Shown one piece after another: positions 51,135 to 64,000 of a DNA stretch of 64,000 bases (within the stretch, counting starts at the first letter, position 1; each line of letters begins with the position of its first letter). Source of the stretch: Octopus sinensis (Eukaryota); assembly GCF_006345805.1 (NCBI RefSeq), contig NC_043000.1, positions 79,298,001-79,362,000 of the forward strand. Direction: 5' to 3'. A program made the translations under genes and the position numbers. Below the pieces are notes generated by a model. It worked only from the letters and a program-made list of their open reading frames with translations. It was not told the DNA's origin and ran no database searches.

Positions 51135-52042
51135 TTATGTTGATGCAGGAGGTATCGTTCTACTGCTTCACATCCTAATAACAAAAAAAAAAAAAAGACA
51201 AGGTAGGCTACTGCAATTAATCCACCCCACTACTATTACACCATCATATGTCTGCTATCCATACTAGCAACAGTTGAGGTCATCACTGTCTGATCTCAGT
51301 CATTTCTTATTTGGAGTTAATGACATCCTAGACAAGTTAGGGGACTCATACATTCCATTTCTAGTATGGTTTCTATGGCTAGATGCCCTTCTAAATGCTG
51401 ATCACTTTGCAGAGTATCCTGGGTGCATCTTATCATGGCAGTAAAAGTTTGGAATTTTGGAGAAAATTGTTTTGCATCTGGATACTGCTTTCTGTTATTA
51501 TTTACTCAACTGTGAAAGGTGAGCAGTATCAGTTTGTCGGGCAAACAGAATGAGGCCTATCCAAAAGGTGCAACACATTTATTTGTTCTAAGCTGCTGAC
51601 CATGTGACCAAGTGTTGAACAACTGAATCTCATTGTTATATATCATAACATCAAATATCACACTGTAAATTGGTTCCAATTAATCGATGGACAGATGTGA
51701 TTCTAAAAAGGTAAAAAAAAAAATAACTTCAGCAGAGGTATATGGAAATCTGTTTTTCTGGAGTATTACCAAAGTGCAAGAACTAGTTACCAAATCTCAG
51801 TCAAATCATATGGTATCACCATACAGAAAAGGATATATTTGATAGTCTTAGATACCTTAGGGAAGATAGTCATGACTTTATTAATAAGTCTACAGGATTA
51901 GGGCTAACCTGGAGTAAACAAGTGACATGATTATAGATCTATTTAGACCTGTATCAATGGTTTAATTTTATCATGAGAATAAGTGATTTAAAAAAATTTT
52001 GCTGAAAAATGGAATTAAATAACAACAATGATAAATACTTAC

Positions 52043-52128
52043 CTGTAAAAGGCGTAACCTTCTTTCATTATCAAATTTTTCAATTGCTGCCCAAAACCAC
52101 TGAATAACAAGATGTTGGTCATGGTAAC
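52043..52128 (-). CDS. HECW: HECW exon 5 of 7
   Basis: ttttctAG...GTAAGT, 86 bp. [29 protein letters not shown]. Confidence 0.96.
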
Positions 52129-52902
52129 CTAGAAAATAAAATGTATCTATAGAGAACTATATTTAACAATATGGTTTATTTTATTACAATAATCTATATA
52201 ATAATCTGCTTGTTTATTTGCCTGTTATACATTAGTTAGGTGGAGTGAGAGTGAGGGAGGGACGAAAAGTAGAGAAAAGTGATCAATATTAATACACTTA
52301 GGCCAAATGGTCATGAGGTCAGCTGAAGGTAGAGGCAAAGAATGAGAGAAAAAGAGGGAGAGAGAAGTGTTAATGATGTGCGATGAAGTGGGAAAGGAAT
52401 ACTTATTATGTGTTTAAAAAGTTAGCTGAAAAGAAAGGTAGATAGAGAGAGATGGACAAGGGAGGCAGTTATGTATGTATTTAGAATCAAGTTTGGGGTT
52501 CAATATCTTACCTATCATATGGTGAAGTATACAAATACTCTCATGGCAGTCTTTGAAAGTGATTGCAAAACAACTTTTGTGAAATATATAGCAAACAGAG
52601 GAGAAGGAGAAGTTATATCACCTTAATTTACAATAACATTAATTGAAAAATGAGTTACAGCATTTGCCACATTTGATCTCATCATGAAAGGATATGATAA
52701 CAGTCATAAATTTATTAGGACAATGAGCTTTTCTGAGTATTGGCAATAGCGCATAATGAGTCACTGAATCAAAAGTATTAGTGAAGTCAATGGTACAGTG
52801 AGACAGCTCAATGCATTTTTCTTTTAGCTCAGGAGCTGAAAATATCAGATCATTGGTTCCTTACCAGCACGAAAACCCTGACTGAGACTTAAAGATGAAT
52901 CA

Positions 52903-53992
52903 TCATCATCATCATCATCATCGTTTAATGTCCGTTCTCCATGCTAGCATGGGTTGGATGGTTCGACCAGGGATCTGGGAAGCCAGAAGGCTGCACCAGG
53001 CTCCGGTCTTATCTGGCAATGTTTCTACAGCTGGATGCCCTTCCTAACGCCAACCACTCTGTGAGTGTAGTGGGTGCTTTTTACGTGCCACCTGCACTGG
53101 TGCCAGGCGAGGCTGGCATCGGCCACGGTCGGATTGGTGTATTTTACGTGCCACCTGCATGGAAGCCAGTCGAGACGGCACTGGCTTCGGCCACGATTCA
53201 GATGGTGCTTTTTACGTGCCACCGACACGGAAGCCAGTCGAGGCGGCGCTGGCAACAGCCACGATTCGGATAGTGCTTTTTACGTATCTCCAGTCCAGGG
53301 GTCCTGGCATCTGCCAGGTGCCAGTCATAGGATTGGTTCAATTTCGATTCCGATTTCACTTGCCACAACAGGTGCCTGTCGTCGGATGAGGTTCTATATC
53401 GACTTCGCTTGCCTCAACAGGTCTTTGTGTCCAAGGGAGGAAAGGCATGCATAAGTGGGCTGGACTCACTTGTCCTGCCTGGTCTTTTCACGCACAGCAT
53501 ATTTCCAAAGGTCTCGGTCGCTGGTCATTTTCTCAGTGAGACCTAAAGTTCGAAGGTCGTGCTTCACCACTTCGCCCCAAGTTTTCCTGGGTCTACCTCT
53601 TCCACGGGTTCCCTCCACTGCTAGGGATTGGCACTTTTTCACACACCTATCTTCATCCATTCTCGTCACATGACCATACCAGCGCAATCGTCTCTCTTGC
53701 ACACCACAACTGATGCTCCTTAGGTCCAACATTTCTCTCAGGGTACTGACGCTCTGTCGAGCATGCACACTGACATTACACATCCATCGGAGCATACTGG
53801 CTTCATTTCTCGCGAGCTTACGCATGTCCTCAGCAGTCACGGCCCATGTTTCGCTGCCATGTAGCATGGCTGTTCGTACACATGCATCATACAGTCTGCC
53901 TTTTACTCTGAGCGAGAGGCCTTTAGTCACCAGCAGAGGTAAGAGCTCCCTAAACTTTGCCCAGGCTATTCTTACTCTAGCTGTTACACTAT
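52903..53992 (-). mobile_element. RTE-clade LINE 3' fragment in HECW intron
   Basis: Same family as 11772-12950 (VTARVRIAWAKFRELLPLL...REKTRQD); modular 3' UTR and (GAT)n tail. Confidence 0.92.
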
Positions 53993-54219
53993 ATAAGGTG
54001 GTGACCATACGGCGCAAAACATGATAGTGTGGTGTAGCAGGTTGAACTTAAGATCATTGCTTTGCTTATGAATTCTGCCAAATGCGAGCTTTCTTTTCAG
54101 GTACATAGTGCAAATTTGGTGATATCACTGTACACTGTATTTCAGCCACATAACTGGTGGAATGGAACACATCAAATAACAATGATAACAACAAAATATT
54201 AACATGAGTTAACTCCTAC

Positions 54220-54334
54220 CTGAACGATACTCAGTGTTTTTCCTCCAGTCATTAATATCAATTTCTACTGTTCCAGCAATTACAAGTTCCAGTTCCCGGG
54301 CATCAAAAGCAGAAACTAAACGATGGTCAATCAC
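54220..54334 (-). CDS. HECW: HECW exon 4 of 7
   Basis: tgcAG...GTAGGA, 115 bp. [38 protein letters not shown](G). Confidence 0.96.
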
Positions 54335-54901
54335 CTGCACAGAAGAAATAAACAGCCTGTTAGGAAATAATATTTTAATCGTAACACAAAGTGAAAGAGG
54401 CTTGAAGTGTAGGAAGACTGGACAGAATCTACATTGGCACATAACTGTTATTTATCCAGCACACACACATACATACACACACACTCTCTCTCTCTTTGCC
54501 ATTTCACTGTGTGCATGCACACACCCACACACACAATTAGCAAATAACAAAAAATTATGTTTGTAGTATATTAAAATCAGCTTCTATGTGATATTGATAA
54601 GGCAAATATTGATACCCATTTTATCAATCCAGGACTGATGAAAGGCAAAGCTGACTCCTGAATGAGAGACTACTTTAAATTCAGAATGAACAACAATATA
54701 ATTAAATCCCACCAAAGTATTTAGTCCTCTAGTTTCTTTCTTATTTTACAGCATACATTAGCTAACAAGACATCTTTATTTGACAGACACTGCATATTAA
54801 TACAGTACTACATATGTACAAACATATCACTTATGGAGAAGGCACATGACTGCTTGCTCAAGTCTAACTAATAAACAGGTTCCACTCCTAGTTTACAGAT
54901 A

Positions 54902-55298
54902 CAGTAATTCCTTGGCTACCGCAGATGTTACATTTCAAAACCCTGCCATGATAGGTGAAAATCCGTGAAGTAAAAATAGTACTGTATATATTTTTTTAAT
55001 CATTTTTATAATTTGCATATATTTACTTTATTATAAATACAAAACAACACCAATATTCGCTTATGGTACACTACACATTTTCTTTTAATATATTTTAGTT
55101 AATGTGTCATACAGTGCAGTACTGTACTGTATTTTCATGCATTAATTTATTAATTTTTAGGTGTGAAAACGCTTATTTTACCACAGAAACCTGTGATATA
55201 CTGAGGAGTCTGCAATATAAATTTACATATATTAGCCAGAAGAATCCGCGATGTAATGAGGGTGTGATAGGTAACCTGCGATATGCAGTTGATTACTG
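54902..55298. mobile_element. Tigger/pogo-type MITE
   Basis: TA|CAGTAATTCC...GATTACTG|TA. Internally deleted relative at 59471-59637. Confidence 0.75.
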
Positions 55299-55456
55299 TA
55301 TATGATTATATGATCACACAGACAAGTATTGGTAGGATGAAAAGCAAAATGAAGCTAGGCTAAACTTTAAACTCAGAACATAAAAACATAGCATAACTGA
55401 ATTCAAGAAGGAACTTAGCCTTGAATTTAAAAGTTTTTGCAAAAAATACTTTAACT

Positions 55457-56723
55457 ATCAGGTCATCCCATAAGTTCTGTCTGAATTTTGAATAAAGACA
55501 AGTGATCAAATGTTATATTTAATTGAAATTTAATCCTCAATGTACTTTCCTTGATTATCTATGACTTCCTTACATCTATTTACAAGCTATTTAATCCCAT
55601 CATTGTAAAACTCTTTTGGTTTCAAAACAAAGAACTTTGAAATGTCAGTTTCGACCTCCTCCTGGCTTGCGAAAGTTATGTCCCCACAAATGATTCTGTA
55701 AACTACGAAACAAATGGTAGTCTGAAGGAGCAAAGTTGGGAGAATAAGGTAGATGAGGAATTTTTTCCCAACCAAGCTCTTCAATCTTCTGTGATGTGAT
55801 CTTTGCAGTGTGGGATTGCGCATTGCCCTGATGAAACATCACACCTTTTCAATTCACTAAAGCGGGTCTTTTTTTCTTCAAAGCTTAGTTCAAATGCTCT
55901 AATTGCCGACAGTAGACTTGAGCATCGATTGTTGCATTAGATGGTAACAATTTAAAGTGAATTACTCTTTTGCAATCCCACCAGATAGAGAGAAGAACCT
56001 TTTTCCCATTAAGTTCCCTTCTCGGTTGTGGTTGAGCTTTTTCCCTTTTACTAAGCCACTGTTTACAACGTTTAACATTTTGATAGAAGATCCATTTTCT
56101 GTTACTAGTCACAAGTCTATCCAAAAAGGATGAAATGAGTTCGCGAGAATGGAGAGAAGAGCAGATGTCAACTCGGAATTTGCGGTTGCTTTCGGACAAT
56201 TCATGAGGCACCCATTTTCCAAGCTTAGGAATCTTTCCAACTTGTTGAAGATAACGATGAACAGTTGTATGGTTTGAACTAAGCTTTATTGCTAATTTTT
56301 CAACTGATAATGCAGGATTTTCTTCAAGTAATGCCTCAAGGAGCTTATCATTAAACTCAACTGGACGTCCTGTTCGATCTTTATCTTCAAGACTGAAATC
56401 TCCACTTCTGAATTTTGCAAACCATCTTCTGCAAGTTCTTTCATTCAAGCATTCTTTCCCATAACTGAGTGTATGTTTCGAGTCACTTCGGTGTCAGAGT
56501 TTCCTTTTTTGTACTCATAAAGCATTATGTGCTCTTTGGATACTTCCATGATAGGAAGGGTTTTAATCAAAGAAATTTTAATTCTATTATTCTGTAAAAT
56601 AATATTTAATTAGTTTAAATGTACACAAATAATTTTAAATTCCATTAGGCATTCTAAAAAACGATTAACTTTCATTCAATTTTAAAAAAGGTAAAATCGG
56701 ACAGAACTTACGGGATGACCCGA
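55457..56723 (-). mobile_element. Full-length, inactive mariner (1267 bp)
   Basis: TIRs TCAGGTCATCCCATAAGTTCTGTC / GACAGAACTTACGGGATGACCCGA. WVPHEL and YSPNFAPSDYHLF motifs. First two catalytic D lost (VTSNRKW, HQGNA); frameshift and stops. Confidence 0.93.
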
Positions 56724-56934
56724 TTATTATCTATTTAATATTATAGCTAAGGGAGGTAACTCTTAGCAACCCAAATGCTCTTATATCAAATCTCAATGCT
56801 GGATGTTCAAGAACCAAATGAAGGCCAGATTTTCAATCCTGGGATCATCTTGATTCCAAAAAGGTATATGTCTATGTAGAGCAAATGTAGACTGAGATAT
56901 AGGGGTACTAGACGGAGAGAAAAAATTTCACTTA

Positions 56935-58060
56935 TATCATCATGTCTCGTTGAATTGTGTGGCACCAGACATCACGGTCCGCAGCCATGTCTGACCAGCA
57001 TTGGTGGTTAATATGACATGATGTTAGAGACTTCTTGAGGCAGTCTTTGTAGCGCTTCCTCGGAGCTCCTCTCACATGGTGGCCAGTGGAGAGTTCACCA
57101 AACAGGGCAATCTTAGGAAGGCGATGCTTCTCCATTCTGGAGACATGCCCTGCCCATCGGAGATGGGACTTCAGTAGCATGGCTTCAATGCTGGGGATCT
57201 TGGCCCGCTCCAAGACTGCAGTGTTTGTGACAAAGTCACATCCATGTATGTTGAGGATGGTGCGGAGACATCGCTGGTGGAAGCGCTCGAGGAGACAGAT
57301 GTGACTGCAGTAAGTGATCCAGGTCTCTGAGCCCTAGAGAAGAGTGGTAAGAACCACGGCCCTGTAGACACTGATCTTTGTTTTGTTCTTCAGGTTATTA
57401 TTGTGCCAAACACGTTTGTACAATCTGCCAAAGGACCTATTTGCCGTAGAGAGTCTATTTTCAATTTCTTTGTCGATTCTTGCATCGAATGAGATGATCA
57501 GCCCAGATATGTAAACTGCTGAGTTGATTTCAGTTTGGTACCGCAGATAGTGATGTGGGGTGGGCGGTAATCCTTTTGGGGTGTAGGTTGGTGAAGTACC
57601 TCCGTCTTCTTGAGGCTGACCTCAGGCCAAAGAGCTGCGAAGCGTCTGCAAAGCAGGATGTGATGCGCTGCAGAGCTTGCTCTGTGTGGGCGACAAGGAC
57701 AGCGTTGTCTGTGAAGAGAAGATCTTGGATCAGCCTCTCCTGAGTCTTGGTGTGGGCTTGGAGGCGCCGTAGATTGAAGAGGCTGCCATCGTGATGATAC
57801 TTAACATACACCCCATCCTCATCCTCCATATCTTCAGTTGCATGCTTGATCATCATGCTGAAGAAAGCCGGTGCCAGGACACAACCCTGCTTCATGCCGT
57901 TGGAAATGGGGAAGGGCTCTGACAGGTCAACATTGAGTCTGATCTGACCATATTGATTCTCGTGCAGCTGGATCACCATCTGTAGAAACTTGGCGGGACA
58001 GCCAAGTCGTTCCAGGATGAGCCATAGTCCTGTCCTGCTCACTGTGTCAAATGCTTTTGT
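56935..58060 (-). mobile_element. RTE-BovB-like LINE fragment
   Basis: KAFDTVSR.GLW, G.KQGCVLAP, DGSLFNLRRL, LLFTDN, LRWAGHV.RM...RLPK, frameshifted. GC-richer than its flanks. Confidence 0.88.
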
Positions 58061-58325
58061 GTGTATATATATATATATATACAGTTTTTTAAAAATTTGT
58101 TACCCAAATACCATCACAATGTTTTTGTTATTTCAGGGCTGTAATAGAAGAAACTTGCCCAAACTGCTATGCACCCTCAAAACCATGTGGTAAGGAAGCA
58201 AACTTCTTAACTATGCAACCATGTTTGAGCCAGTATCTATCTTTACACAGACACACATGCATATACATATATTATTGGTACTAGCAATTAGTAAAACACC
58301 ACTCATCACTTGCTCGACAACGTAC

Positions 58326-58472
58326 CTCATAGAAACCCTTAATTAGACATTCCGTTTGCTCTGTTACTCCCCGTTCTAAGCGCCAGTTCACCATTTTTTC
58401 TATGTATTCTTTTTTAGTTTTCTCTGTCACTGGTATGTTTTTTCCATTTGGTTTTAACTCTCTTTCAGTAAC
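58326..58472 (-). CDS. HECW: HECW exon 3 of 7
   Basis: ttccAG...GTACGT, 147 bp. [49 protein letters not shown]. Confidence 0.96.
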
Positions 58473-59269
58473 CTGGAAGAAATGAGTTTGATGAAGTAAG
58501 GTTATTTTAGAAAGTACCACATAGCAGAAATATCATTTAAAAAAAAAAAAAAATGACTTAGAAGAGCTGTTTAGTTTCAGTCACCCATAGCTGATTAAAC
58601 CTAAGTTGAAAGTTACTCCAACTTCAAGCACTTTGTCTATTTTTAGAATATCTAAATTGATTATCCAGATTATCTTGTGTCTTCAACTCTTGTTGAGGTG
58701 TGTGTGAACTGATGGATATGTAGCAGCCATTTCATAGAGGATGAACAACATAGATTCTCCTTCACTGGTGTGAGTTCTTTAACATTACGATAAACTAATG
58801 TTTTCACAGATGAACATTATTTCAACATCAATAATCACTATAAACATGGTTGGCACCACTCCCTTGTAATATCTTCATATTCTTTTCCAAATTATATAAT
58901 AATCTAGTTTTAAAGTTTAGTATATTTTTAGTACTCATTAAACTTCATCAATTACTTTTTATTTCTTTTGAGAATATTACAAAAAAAGTTTGAATTCACT
59001 GAAAAATATGATTCACAAGAGTAAATAACAAGAAAATGGCATGTCAACATAAATATCAAAGATGATGGATCATGTCCTACAGACATGTTATTCATGACAA
59101 TGATGAGCAATGTTTAAAAAAAGAGTCTGCTGTACAGCTCCTCAAAAGATGCAGTTTATTGCTTTTATTGTACTTCGATATCAAGCCAATATGACAGGTT
59201 TTCCAATGAGGATGTTTTAATGACTGTGTAATAAAGGCTAATGTATATATTAATTATTCTACTACTTCT

Positions 59270-59995
59270 TTCAGACATTTACTGCAGTCATGCTGGAGCA
59301 CTGCCTTGAAGGGCTTCAGTTGAACAAATTGACCCCAAGATTTATTTCTTAAGCCTAGTACTTATTCTGTTGGTCTCTTTTAATGAATCACTAAGTTACA
59401 GGGATGTAAACACACCAAAACCAGTTGTCAAATGGTGATGGGGGGACAAACACAGACACACATATACATACAGTAATCCCTCGACTATAGCGGGTGTTAC
59501 GTTCCCACAGAAATAATTAAAATCTTTAAAAAATATAAATACCTATCTGCCACAGAAACTTGGATATACTGAGGAGTCTGCGATATAAATTTACATATAT
59601 TATACAAAAAAATTTGCAATATGATGAGGGATTACTGTGTATATATAGTTTATAGATGATATCAGATATTCACTGTATAGAGTACACTTAGTGGTGCTCA
59701 AAGATTCAAACTTGAGAGGTATAGAGGCAAATTAGATAGATAAATATATAAAGTATACTAAATACATGAAATACAAAATATGTATATATGTATACATATA
59801 TACGTATTTTGTATTTCATGTATTTAATATACTTTATATATTGATCTGCCTAATTTGCTTAACCCCACATTTGCTCCTATATATATATACACACACACAT
59901 ACATGATGAGCTTCAGTTTCCATGTACCAAATCTACCCACAAGGCTTTGGTCAGCCTGAGGCTATAGTACAAGACGCCTGCCCAAGGTGCCACTG
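59270..59995 (-). mobile_element. SINE family A split by a Tigger-type MITE (59471-59637) and TA-rich sequence
   Basis: 3' half at 59270-59470, 5' half at 59900-59995. Confidence 0.65.
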
Positions 59996-60210
59996 TAGGA
60001 AAAAGCTGAATTTCAACAGAATATGTATTTTATAAAAATGCTCTTGAAGAAACTGCCTTTTTCTGCTAAAGACAACTGGCTTGATATAATGGTCCAGTTA
60101 TAAAGTTTAATGTAAAAAAAAGATGAATATCTTTACCATTTGTAGTGAGTGTATAGAGGTTACTGTATGTGTAAGATTGATTTTCACCAAGAGATTAACA
60201 GACATGTTAC

Positions 60211-60343
60211 CTGACCGAAAACTTCTTCATTTACTGAGAATGTCATCACTAAATCATGTTCAGTAATATCTGTATCCTGAATCCACAACAAACTTTGGTG
60301 AAATTCTGTATCTAGAGCCTCAACATCTGCTATTGTCCAGGAT
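60211..60343 (-). CDS. HECW: HECW exon 2 of 7
   Basis: catAG...GTAACA, 133 bp. [44 protein letters not shown]. Phase matches both neighbours. Confidence 0.95.
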
Positions 60344-60859
60344 CTATGATAGAATAGAAAGAGAAATAATGAGACTAGCTATAGAAATATGAAAAATGAT
60401 GCACAATGAAATATTTTTAATGAAATATCCTCTACTTCCTTTCACTCAGTTATAGTTGTTGTTTAGTCCCAGGTCAGCCATGAACAAGCAAATGCTTGGT
60501 TATAGGTGTAATTCTTATGGTCATTTCACATGTTTGTATATTACAAACTACATTGTCTAATGTATCTTTTATTTAAGACAATAAAATGAGATTTGAGGGA
60601 CATTTGGCTACTATTTCCAGCAAGTTGTGCAAATATGTAGCAGCTTGCTAATGGTGGTTCCTTCTATACCAGGTTCTTGTTCCTGTAATAGATATTCTAG
60701 GAACTGTGCAGAATCAAGCGTTAAGTTTAATTTTTCCCTTCCCATTATCTCCCCTAAGTGTACAAGCCACACTATTGTTAATAGTAGATATTAAATACTG
60801 TAGTGAAAAGGAGACAAATTATGGAATAGTTAACTTTAAGTGAGTCACTAAGGAACTCG

Positions 60860-61635
60860 TACCAGTGGCACGTAAAAAGCACTGTTTGGGAGTTGGGCTT
60901 CGTGGAGGCAGTGACATCAAGTCAAGTGAGATGGCTGATGCCAGTGTCGTGTAACTGGCCCATTAACCCTTTTGTTACTGTATTTATTTTGAGATGCTCT
61001 GTGTTTCTTTCAATTACTTTAAATATAAAAAAGAATTTAGTAAAATAATTTGGTTACCATTAAGCTAGTGTTAGGTACATGAATTGTGACTAAGGTTTGG
61101 TGGAAGATTTTAATTCAAAACTTTTGAAAACAAGACATTTTTACTCAGAGCCAGAGCCGGTTTCAGCCGGGTTGGTATTGAAAGGGTTAAAAGCACCCTT
61201 CAATCGTTGGGTGATATGCTGTGCTTATGAAGACCTACTGAACCAAGTGAAATTGCAGTTGTGGCCGATGCCAGAGCCGTCTGGCTGGCACCTGTGCCAG
61301 TGGAATATAAATAGCACAGTTCAAGCGTTGGGCTGCATGGAGGCAGTGACAGGTGACCAAGACCTTTTGTGACTACTGTTCTTGTATTGACCTGTCTAGC
61401 CAAGTGAGACCATAGTCGTGGCCGATGCTGCTGTCAGGTCAATGGCACTTGTGCCAGTGGCATGTAAAAAGCACCCACTACACTCTCGGAGTGGTCAGCA
61501 TTAGGAGGGGCATCCAGCTGTAGAAACCTTCCCCAATAAGGTTGGAACCTGGTGCAGCTCCCACCAGCTTACCAGTTTTCAGTCAAACTGTCCAACCCAG
61601 CCAGCACAGAAAGCGGACGTTAAACAATGATGATG
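60860..61635 (+). mobile_element. RTE-type modular 3' UTR, diverged subfamily, interrupted by a TTAA MITE
   Basis: Repeated gtggcacgtaaaaagcac modules, gggcatccagctgtagaaac, ends ggacgttaaacaatgatgatg. Confidence 0.7.
60967..61185. mobile_element. piggyBac-like MITE
   Basis: TTAA|CCCTTT...AAAGGG|TTAA. A similar terminus lies at ~18500-18516. Confidence 0.75.
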
Positions 61636-62172
61636 AATTGAGGTATCCTGATTTAATTGGAGTAGGAAGAAAGCAGCTATAACTATTGTAAGGTTTCCCA
61701 TACAGTTAAGGCACACTCCCAACTTTCAAAATATGGATGTTGGTTGGAAAAAAAAAATATGATTGGGGATGGGAGGGAGTAGAAATTCCAGAAGGATGCA
61801 ATTCTGGAGAAGAAAGGTAGAGCTAAGTGTTTAGTCCTGTTTAGTGTTAGGCCAGCTTTGATGGAACAGACCTATTATTATCAAAAGCAGTTAACTGTGG
61901 CTATTCTGTCTTAGAAATCTCTTTGACTACATTGTGTAATGTGTCCTCTTTTTTTAAGACGGTAAAATGTGATATGACAGAGATGTGACTGCATTAGTAG
62001 CAAGTCAAATGACCACAAAGAGACTCTCTGATTAATTGTGAAGGATATGTCTATGATACAGATGTAGACCATAGGGACCCATCCCATATGATCAGTTAAA
62101 ACTTCAGTAACATATTCATTAAAACTTGAACATCTGTGGTATACATTAATATGATTAATGAAAATGTACTCA

Positions 62173-62361
<189 letters not shown>

Positions 62362-62879
62362 TCATGCTTGCATGGATTAGATGGGTTTTCTAGCACAGTA
62401 TGTTGTTACTGTTCACTTTGTTGTAATGTTCAGTTTCACCACTTTTAACTTGATTTTTCACATGGACTGGTTGGCATATCACCACCCACATGTCATTCTT
62501 CATGTCCGTTCCAATGCAGTCATCTTTTATACACTGCAGCCGTTATGCCCATTTCCCACTTGGCTCATTTCTGTTCTGTTGTTTATGCATGCTGACATTA
62601 TATACCAAATAAAGCATGCTCATTACACCTCTATCAAACCTTTGCGCATCCTCCACATTCAGTGCCATGTCTTGCTACCATTCAGACACAATATGAGCTT
62701 AATTTGGAGAGAGAAAACTGTTATTCTAAGGGAAGTAATAGATGATACAAGCACAAGAAATAGCATAGATTTCATTGTAAGTAAAGAATGGATATCAAAA
62801 CCTGTACCCTACGGTTTATCTAAATAATGTATCTGAGTGCTAAATGTTTATATCTCAAGAAATATCTGATCTTCCAAAC

Positions 62880-63300
62880 CTATACTTCCATGACAGCAAG
62901 ATTGAGGGACATGGAAAAATTCTATCAAGACCTGGAGAATGTGCCAGTTTACAAATTCAATTACATTGACATGAGTGGAAAAGTGATAGGGTAACACATG
63001 TTAAAAAAACTTTATAAGAAGAGGAAAATGAAAAAAGAGAACATTTAGTCAACATGACAAATGCACTAAGACTATACATCAGGAACAGTGTGGTCAGGAA
63101 AATATCTGGAAAGAGATTGATAAAGACAACCCTAATGTTCAACATTGAAATGAGATAACTACTTCCTGGTTGACTAACAATGTAGATTGCAGGACATCTC
63201 AACTTCAGTGTCATTCAACACCATCAGTGACCACTGTTTTCCAGAGACAAAGATCCTCATTGATGAAATTAGAAAGAAAAAGGCATGAAGAATCAATACA
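62880..63300 (+). mobile_element. Very decayed APE endonuclease fragment (RTE-like)
   Basis: EKFYQDLE...ENEKREHL...LYIRN remnants. Confidence 0.4.
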
Positions 63301-63389
63301 TCAAGATCGTCAATGTACTACAGTTGCAGGATGGTATTAGGAAGGAAACCTGGAGTTAATTTGAAGGAATTGATGAAGATTATGATTCA

Positions 63390-64000
63390 CTATCCCTTAT
63401 CTGGCGGTCAATGAGGAAACTAGGGATAGATGAATGGTTAGTGAGAGCTGTGCAAGCCATGTACAGGGATGCTGTCAGTAAGGTGAGGGTTGGCAACAAG
63501 TACAGGGAAGAATTCCGGGTAGAGGTAGGGGTCCACCAAGGTTCAATCCTCAGCCTCCACCTATTTATCATCGTCCTCCAGGCAATAACAGAGGAATTCA
63601 AGACAGGATGCCCCTGGGAGCTCCTCTATGCTAACAACCTTGCTCTAATTGCTGAGTCACTATCAGAACTAGAGGATTAAGTTTCAGGTGTGGAAACAAG
63701 GATAAGAATCGAAGGGCTTTGAGTCAACCTAGCTAAAACCAAAGTCCTAATAAGTAGGAAGGCAGACAAACCACAAATCCCTTCAGATAGATGGCCCTGC
63801 TCGATCTGTAGAAAAGGTGTAGGTAGAAACTCTATAAGATGTACCTAGTGTAAGCTATGGACGCATAAGAGGTGCAGCAATATCAAAGGAAGGTTAACTG
63901 GGAAGATAGTTTTTGTGTGTGGAAGATGCTCAGGAGCAATAAACACTGAAACTGTGCAGAGAACAACTTCCGCCATATTCCAGGGAGAAAAACTAAAAGT
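63390..64000 (+). mobile_element. RTE-clade RT fragment running off the window
   Basis: RKLGIDEWLVRAVQAMY...VGVHQGS.LS...WELLYAN; Cys-rich insert. Ends at cagggagaa, the point where the 11772 copy begins. Confidence 0.88.

Overview
AT-rich, microsatellite-dense eukaryotic DNA. The SINE, RTE and Penelope repertoire looks like an octopus (coleoid cephalopod) genome; that is recognition from memory, not a database check. Genes: (1) the last seven coding exons of a minus-strand HECW/NEDL-type HECT E3 ubiquitin ligase (62272 to stop at 50035), all GT-AG and phase-consistent, with the catalytic HTCFN motif. (2) Two candidate minus-strand exons (2826-2750, 822-756) that splice in frame into a possible signal-peptide N-terminus of an unidentified protein. 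Between them lie about 42 kb of nested transposons: several decayed Penelope-like elements (PLEs), a Gypsy pol remnant, a solo LTR, CR1, RTE and R4/Dong-like LINEs, mariner/Tc1 copies, Helitrons, MITEs and at least four tRNA-derived SINE families. The most notable signal is 11 type-I hammerhead ribozyme motifs between 10.7 and 34.4 kb, with six different catalytic-core sequences besides one decayed copy. Several sit in short fold-back elements inserted at (TA)n tracts, including one ~245-nt rod with a hammerhead on each strand. There is also a composite Helitron whose removal rejoins a PLE reading frame. All structures were folded and aligned by eye.
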